Origin: an uncultured virus (IMG/VR IMGVR_UViG_3300017989_000096)
Taxonomy: Duplodnaviria > Heunggongvirae > Uroviricota > Caudoviricetes
DNA length: 64,000 nucleotides
Direction: 5' to 3' (one strand)
IMG/VR virus record: IMGVR_UViG_3300017989_000096
Part shown: positions 59,218-64,000 of the stretch, one piece after another
How the letters are laid out: every line of letters begins with the position of its first letter
Numbering within the stretch: the stretch's first letter is position 1
The notes under the pieces: model-generated
Databases searched by the model: none
The model's input: only the letters and a program-made list of their open reading frames with translations
Told to the model about the DNA's origin: nothing
Translations under genes and position numbers: made by a program

Positions 59218-59727
59218 GTGCGTCAAGTGAAATGGCAAGATGATTCAGGCAATTGGCATTTCGGTATTGTCACAGGCGAAAAGCATGACGGAATCAAAGC
59301 AGCTAAAGGCAACGTCTTTGTTGAGCATGCGATCCTGCCAGAGCTCTACGAAATCGAAGCGAACAAACTCACAGAGATTCCTTATGGAGATTATCCTGTC
59401 AAGGATTTTCGCACAGGAGAGATTACCGAAGGTGGAACTGAATTTGATCATTATGTAAATCGTTGCTGGCTCGAAGCTCGCAAACTTTCCAAAACTGTTG
59501 GAAGTGGGTTGAAGAAAAACAAATTGTTCTACCTTCCAGTTGCTGACGGTAGGGCTTGGTATATTGTAACGAAAGTCAATCCGAAGACTTGCGATGTAGA
59601 ATGGAGGGGGTTTGGTCCTGATCGTTGGCTTGATCGAGTGCTGGGGTGGGGTGGACGTTTTGAAAGATCACGAATTGAACCCATTGTAGAGGGGGTGGAT
59701 ACATTAGAGAAAATATTTTCAAAGTAA
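59218..59727 (+). CDS. hypothetical protein
   Basis: AAGGAGG RBS; PVADGRAWY. Confidence 0.75.
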   Translation: MRQVKWQDDSGNWHFGIVTGEKHDGIKAAKGNVFVEHAILPELYEIEANKLTEIPYGDYPVKDFRTGEITEGGTEFDHYVNRCWLEARKLSKTVGSGLKKNKLFYLPVADGRAWYIVTKVNPKTCDVEWRGFGPDRWLDRVLGWGGRFERSRIEPIVEGVDTLEKIFSK

Positions 59728-59805
59728 AATTGAAAAACACGTTAATTACGTCGAGCAGAACGATATAACAACTCGTGAAGACAAACTGTTGTTGAGGAGA
59801 TAGCG

Positions 59806-61113
59806 ATGTCAAAGAAAAAAGACAAGAAGTTGAATGAGTACGAAAGAGGATATGCAGGATGTTATGGTGACCAAGTCAAAATTGATCAGGTCACGCAGTT
59901 TTTGCTTACAAATTTCAGCCTGAATGATCTCAACGAACAAGCAAACAAGCCTCGATTTGCTCAGTGCATTTGGGGACATCCAGGAATTGGCAAGACTGCT
60001 TGCGTCAAGGATTTGAGAGGACAGCCAGTTACATGGCGAGGCAAGCAGTTTGATGGTTGGGATGTGAGGGATGTTCCAATTGCTCAGTGCGAGGAGATGG
60101 GAGATTTGCACGGCATTCCAATGGATTGCCTCCTGATGTACAAAGTGGAGGGCAAAGGGCCAAATTCAAAGCGTACTGATCGGTGGGTGCCTCAGAAAGA
60201 ACAGACGATTATCGCGTTCAGAGAAGATGGATGGGTGATCGATTCTGATGTTACTCCACGCACAGTAATGGCTCCACCAGATTGGGTGCCTCTTGAACCA
60301 GGTCCGGCTATTCTTTTGCTGGATGACTGGAACAGATCGTCATTGCGTATCATCAAAGGCATTATGCAGCTTTTGCAGAACTACGGAATGATTAGCTGGA
60401 GATTGCCTCCGGGATGCAATATCGTTCTGACTGGAAATCCTGATGAACAAAGCTATCTCGTTACGACAATCGATCCTGCTATTCTGACTCGTATCAAGCA
60501 CATTACTCTCAAAGAAGATTCAAAACTGTGGGCGGAATGGGCAACAAGTCAGAAGCTTGATGCAAGAGGAATTTCATTCTTGCTGTACGATCCAGAAATG
60601 ATGTGTGGTAAAGAGCTTACTAACCCTCGAACGTTGTCAGAGTTCTTTCAATATCTGACACTGGTGGACGATTTGCAAGATGTGGATGGAAACATTCGTA
60701 AGGACGTTGCGACGCACGCACGTAGTCTGTTGGATGAAGAGACAATCAATGCGTTTTTCATTTTCTGCACTCGTGAAATGGAGGACGTAATTGAGCCGCT
60801 GGATATCCTTGATGGAAAGAAAGGATACAAAAAGCGTATTGAGAAGCTGATGAATCGCAAGGAACCACGAACGGATATTCTTGGTGTTACCTGTGAACGG
60901 CTGTTTGCAACAATGGTAATGGAGGAGACAGATCAAACTCAGCAAAGGATCAGAAATTTCCAAGAGTTCATTGTCAGCAAAGAAATTCCGGAAGACATTC
61001 GACATGCAATTTGCCGCAGGTTGGCACGCAGGCCAGAACATGATGGTAGGAACCAAAAGTGGTTGCTTGGAAGTGACCAACTGCGTGATTTGATTTTGGA
61101 TACGCTGAGATGA
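59806..61113 (+). CDS. MoxR-like AAA ATPase
   Basis: WGHPGIGKT, GDLHGIP, PPDWVP, LLLDDWNR, TGNP, DPAILTR, TNPRT. Confidence 0.85.
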   Translation: MSKKKDKKLNEYERGYAGCYGDQVKIDQVTQFLLTNFSLNDLNEQANKPRFAQCIWGHPGIGKTACVKDLRGQPVTWRGKQFDGWDVRDVPIAQCEEMGDLHGIPMDCLLMYKVEGKGPNSKRTDRWVPQKEQTIIAFREDGWVIDSDVTPRTVMAPPDWVPLEPGPAILLLDDWNRSSLRIIKGIMQLLQNYGMISWRLPPGCNIVLTGNPDEQSYLVTTIDPAILTRIKHITLKEDSKLWAEWATSQKLDARGISFLLYDPEMMCGKELTNPRTLSEFFQYLTLVDDLQDVDGNIRKDVATHARSLLDEETINAFFIFCTREMEDVIEPLDILDGKKGYKKRIEKLMNRKEPRTDILGVTCERLFATMVMEETDQTQQRIRNFQEFIVSKEIPEDIRHAICRRLARRPEHDGRNQKWLLGSDQLRDLILDTLR

Positions 61114-61367
61114 GTGAACCAAAGCGTTATCGATGGGTCATTGAGTTTTTGCATTGTACGCAAGTCGAATCTGATTCAAATGACGCTGCTGAAGTCTCTG
61201 AGGAAGCCTACCAAGATTTTCTTGACCAATTAAAGAGCGGATCATTTCCGGAGTTTGGAATTCATCCGATTGAATGTGAAGATCAAGAAACCAAAGAAAC
61301 TCATTGCTATTAAAGCGAGTGAAAGCGTTCTTATACGTGGTAAAACGAGGGTTATTAGGAGGATAAA

Positions 61368-61871
61368 ATGGCTAAGAAAGTTCGGACTGCGTCAGTAGAT
61401 GCTTCTGTTGCGAAGTTAATTGATGATGGAGCAAAGAAAGATCAAGAACTCAAGAATATTGAGGTAGAGTTAGCTGGTATCAGAGCGACAGTAACTCGGA
61501 CTGCAAATGAGAAGTTTGAAGAGGGAGAAACCAGTTTGCGTTTGGAAGGAAATGTTGCTAATGCCCTTGCAACTCGCAAAACAAGTTTCAGTTTGGAGTT
61601 TGATGGCGATGCAGATGAGAAGGCTTTTGAAGAGGCTTTTGCTGAAGGCACTTTTGATAGTGCAGTAAGGGCTTCTATTGCTGTCAATGTAACTCCTGAG
61701 CGTTTATCTGAGTTAAAGGATTTGTTGGATAAAGCAAGGTTTTCTTTTAGTCAGTCGTGGAAACTGGATAGTAAAGGATACAAAAGTTTCAAAGAACCGG
61801 GAGGAAATAAAAGAGCATTGGGAGATAATGTGAAGATGAAAGACTCGGTTACAGTAAAGTTTGAGGTTTGA
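61368..61871 (+). CDS. hypothetical protein
   Basis: AGGAGG RBS. Confidence 0.8.
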   Translation: MAKKVRTASVDASVAKLIDDGAKKDQELKNIEVELAGIRATVTRTANEKFEEGETSLRLEGNVANALATRKTSFSLEFDGDADEKAFEEAFAEGTFDSAVRASIAVNVTPERLSELKDLLDKARFSFSQSWKLDSKGYKSFKEPGGNKRALGDNVKMKDSVTVKFEV

Positions 61872-62113
61872 AATGGCAAAAAAGAAACACATTTGGGGAG
61901 CTTACCAAATTGATATATGGGTTGAAGAGGCCACACTTCGCATGACAAAACTTTGTGAGTGCTGTGGAAAACTTCCTCAGAAAAAACGTGTAATCATTCA
62001 ACAAATGAGTCGCCACTTTCCTAAACGATATACTTATTGCTCAGTGTGTATGTCAAAAACGATAAAGGAAATTTTGTTGGACTTATTGGAAAAAGCGGTA
62101 AAGGAGAATTGGG

Positions 62114-63088
62114 ATGTGGTGCGACGAGAAAGAAGAGATCAAAAAAAGACTCACAAGCCTCGAAGACTTGCACAAACTTGTTAAGGCACGCCGAGAGAAT
62201 CCTTCCTCAAGTGAATTTGTTGTGTTAGGTTTATGGAGGTTGGACAAGCATGGTCAAGTGTCGCAAGTGAAGAAGCGTATTCTTGTCCCACCAGTATGTA
62301 CAGTAGAAGAGTATAGCATGCTTGCGGAAGCATCTGGCGAATCGGATGCTCACTGGTGGAGCATGAGTCCTCATATTCCGCACCCTGATATTCCCTGTGC
62401 ATTTTGTGGTAGAAAATGGACACTTGATGACTGCTGGGATTTTTTGGTAATGGATGAACCCGAAAAAATCTCACTTGCTGCTTTTTGGGGTGAGAGTTTT
62501 AAGGCAGCCAAACAGCATTATGCTGCCAAGCGAGATGCAATTTATCAAGTTATGCAGGAAATTCGAAATGACAAGCATATTGATTTGACATTGAAAAACC
62601 CGCACTCTGAAAAAGAGTGGGAAAGAAAAGAGGTTAGAAACAAACTCGGTTGGATTGAAAAAGTAGATGATAGCCGGGTTATTGAAGAAGGAGATGAAGC
62701 AGGAGCTTTTGTGATTCGATTCTATCATAGGAAGTGTTACAAACTTATGCATGAGCATGATGTACGTGCAGATTTCACCAGGGTGTTCAAGAAGGCTGGT
62801 TTTGAATATTTCTTGATTCAAGCCATTCCAAGCGGGTATTGCGATTGCGATTATTGTGCTCCGTGGTTTGAATTTCAGACGGAACTTGGCAAATTTACGA
62901 TTGGCTGGAGAAAGCGTGTTGTTAGTATTAACTTGGATGTTGGTTTGAATTTGGCTGAGTTGTTTGCTGATGAGAATGTTACCAAAGATGAGACATGCAT
63001 TCATGCTTGGGGATACGAGAAGGTTTTGGAGTATCTGACAAAGATTCGTCAAGCATTGCTCTGTGTAGGGGTGCAAAATGCTGGATAG
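62114..63088 (+). CDS. hypothetical protein
   Basis: IGWRKRV, HAWGYEK motifs. Confidence 0.75.
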   Translation: MWCDEKEEIKKRLTSLEDLHKLVKARRENPSSSEFVVLGLWRLDKHGQVSQVKKRILVPPVCTVEEYSMLAEASGESDAHWWSMSPHIPHPDIPCAFCGRKWTLDDCWDFLVMDEPEKISLAAFWGESFKAAKQHYAAKRDAIYQVMQEIRNDKHIDLTLKNPHSEKEWERKEVRNKLGWIEKVDDSRVIEEGDEAGAFVIRFYHRKCYKLMHEHDVRADFTRVFKKAGFEYFLIQAIPSGYCDCDYCAPWFEFQTELGKFTIGWRKRVVSINLDVGLNLAELFADENVTKDETCIHAWGYEKVLEYLTKIRQALLCVGVQNAG

Positions 63089-63317
63089 GAGCATTTGTAA
63101 AAAATGCAAGCTTAGAAAGCTAAGAGACAAAGGGCGGTACGGCGATGGAAGAATGACCAACTTTGGGCATGAATGGAAATATGGGAATTTTGTCGATTGT
63201 CCAGTAGGTGTTAAAAACTGGACATCGGATATGACATTGTGGGAGGGAAGTGGTTATTTAGATTGGCGGTTTGATGACCCACCCATAACTTTAGAGCATT
63301 TGATGGAATATGCTTAG
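63078..63317 (+). CDS. Cys-rich paralog family member
   Basis: MLDRSICKKC...CP...LEHLME. Confidence 0.8.
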   Translation: MLDRSICKKCKLRKLRDKGRYGDGRMTNFGHEWKYGNFVDCPVGVKNWTSDMTLWEGSGYLDWRFDDPPITLEHLMEYA

Positions 63318-63582
63318 CAAACGAATCTGCAAAAAATGTAGCTATTACAAGGTTTTGAGAGACGCGGATAGGCAGCGGTACATTGCCTTGACACGAGTAG
63401 TTTTGCCTTTTGCACCAAGGAGTATCAATTTGGAAGCTGAAGTCAAAAGAATGTGGTGGTGCGGTTTGAACCCTCTAACTGGACCGAGAGATTTCATTCT
63501 TTCGTGTGTTGTAAGAGGCAGTGAAGTTCCGGAAAACTGTCCATTCGTTACTGAGCACGTGTTAGAAACACAAGAGTGTTGA
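63310..63582 (+). CDS. Cys-rich paralog family member
   Basis: MLSKRICKKC...WWC...PENCPFVTEHVLETQ. Confidence 0.8.
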   Translation: MLSKRICKKCSYYKVLRDADRQRYIALTRVVLPFAPRSINLEAEVKRMWWCGLNPLTGPRDFILSCVVRGSEVPENCPFVTEHVLETQEC

Positions 63583-63788
63583 GTAAAAAAATTTGTCAAC
63601 AATGCTGGGGTCATCGAGGGTGGGAATGGTTCCATCTTTGGACGGATGAATGGAATTGCATCAAAGATGGTCGGAAACCTTATGCCTATTACAGTAAACT
63701 TTTGTTACGAAAAGACGCTCCAATTCCTGCTCATTGCCCATACTACCTCGAACACCTGTTGGAAACCCAAGGAAGTGTTGATGCTTGA
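63576..63788 (+). CDS. Cys-rich paralog family member
   Basis: MLSKKICQQC...WNC...PAHCPYYLEHLLETQ. Confidence 0.8.
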   Translation: MLSKKICQQCWGHRGWEWFHLWTDEWNCIKDGRKPYAYYSKLLLRKDAPIPAHCPYYLEHLLETQGSVDA

Positions 63789-63987
63789 CAAGCGTATTTG
63801 CAAAGCTTGCTGCCAGAAATCTGTGGCAAATTGGAATCGGTGTGACGAGATAGATTGGGAAAAAGGAGCAATATGTTGTTCGGCAGGGACTATTGCTTTT
63901 ACTGACAAAAGACCTCCTCGTGGTTGTCCTTATGAGCTTGAACATTTGATCGCGCTTCAAAATGGAATTGAGCAAGGCAGTTTGTAA
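63781..63987 (+). CDS. Cys-rich paralog family member
   Basis: MLDKRICKAC...PRGCPYELEHL. Confidence 0.8.
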   Translation: MLDKRICKACCQKSVANWNRCDEIDWEKGAICCSAGTIAFTDKRPPRGCPYELEHLIALQNGIEQGSL

Positions 63988-64000
63988 ACGTTGCAGACTA
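63962..64000 (+). CDS. Cys-rich paralog family member (3'-truncated)
   Basis: MELSKAVCKRCRL. Confidence 0.65.
   Translation, partial: MELSKAVCKRCRL

Noticed and set aside
1..64000. Numerous minus-strand ORFs (e.g. 5008..5808, 18292..19185, 51285..52397)
   Set aside because: They are antisense shadows of well-supported + strand genes, without recognisable motifs
1..64000. Stop-codon reassignment
   Set aside because: TAA, TAG and TGA all end genes followed by RBS/starts, and conserved enzymes are uninterrupted in the standard code
63078..64000. Diversity-generating retroelement behind the Cys-rich family
   Set aside because: No reverse transcriptase and no near-identical TR/VR pair with adenine-specific differences was visible
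1..64000. tRNA genes expected beside cca
   Set aside because: No cloverleaf with a T-loop was recognised by eye; tRNAscan would be needed to exclude them

Overview
A gene-dense segment with all credible genes on the + strand, most consistent with a large uncultured dsDNA phage. No rRNA, tRNA, CRISPR array, or recognisable capsid/terminase gene was seen. It has two distinct halves. (1) About 0.85-17.5 kb: roughly 22 otherwise unrelated ORFs share a ~17-aa amphipathic peptide, consensus (M)xNxxVAxELxKIAKxLx[A/S/G]. About 26 clear copies occur, at N-termini and at internal domain boundaries. Tagged proteins include a CCA-adding/HD enzyme, an encapsulin-cargo-type ferritin and a Tpt1/ART-like domain. 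This suggests a shared virion-loading/targeting and processing tag (inference). (2) About 18-64 kb: accessory/early-type genes (PNK, PolX-N/Prim-Pol fusion, two radical SAM proteins, NADAR, PD-(D/E)XK nuclease, ATP-dependent ligase, 3D protein, VWA with a 26-Q tract, two MoxR-like AAA ATPases, WGR). These are punctuated by about 16 copies of a promoter-like core GTTAAATAATTGA. At most copies the core sits inside a locus-specific inverted repeat whose right arm overlaps or abuts the Shine-Dalgarno, suggesting a systematic RBS-sequestering switch. A Cys-rich paralog family occurs at both window ends, and a ~55-aa module recurs in four proteins. Family names come from motif recognition only; no searches were run.
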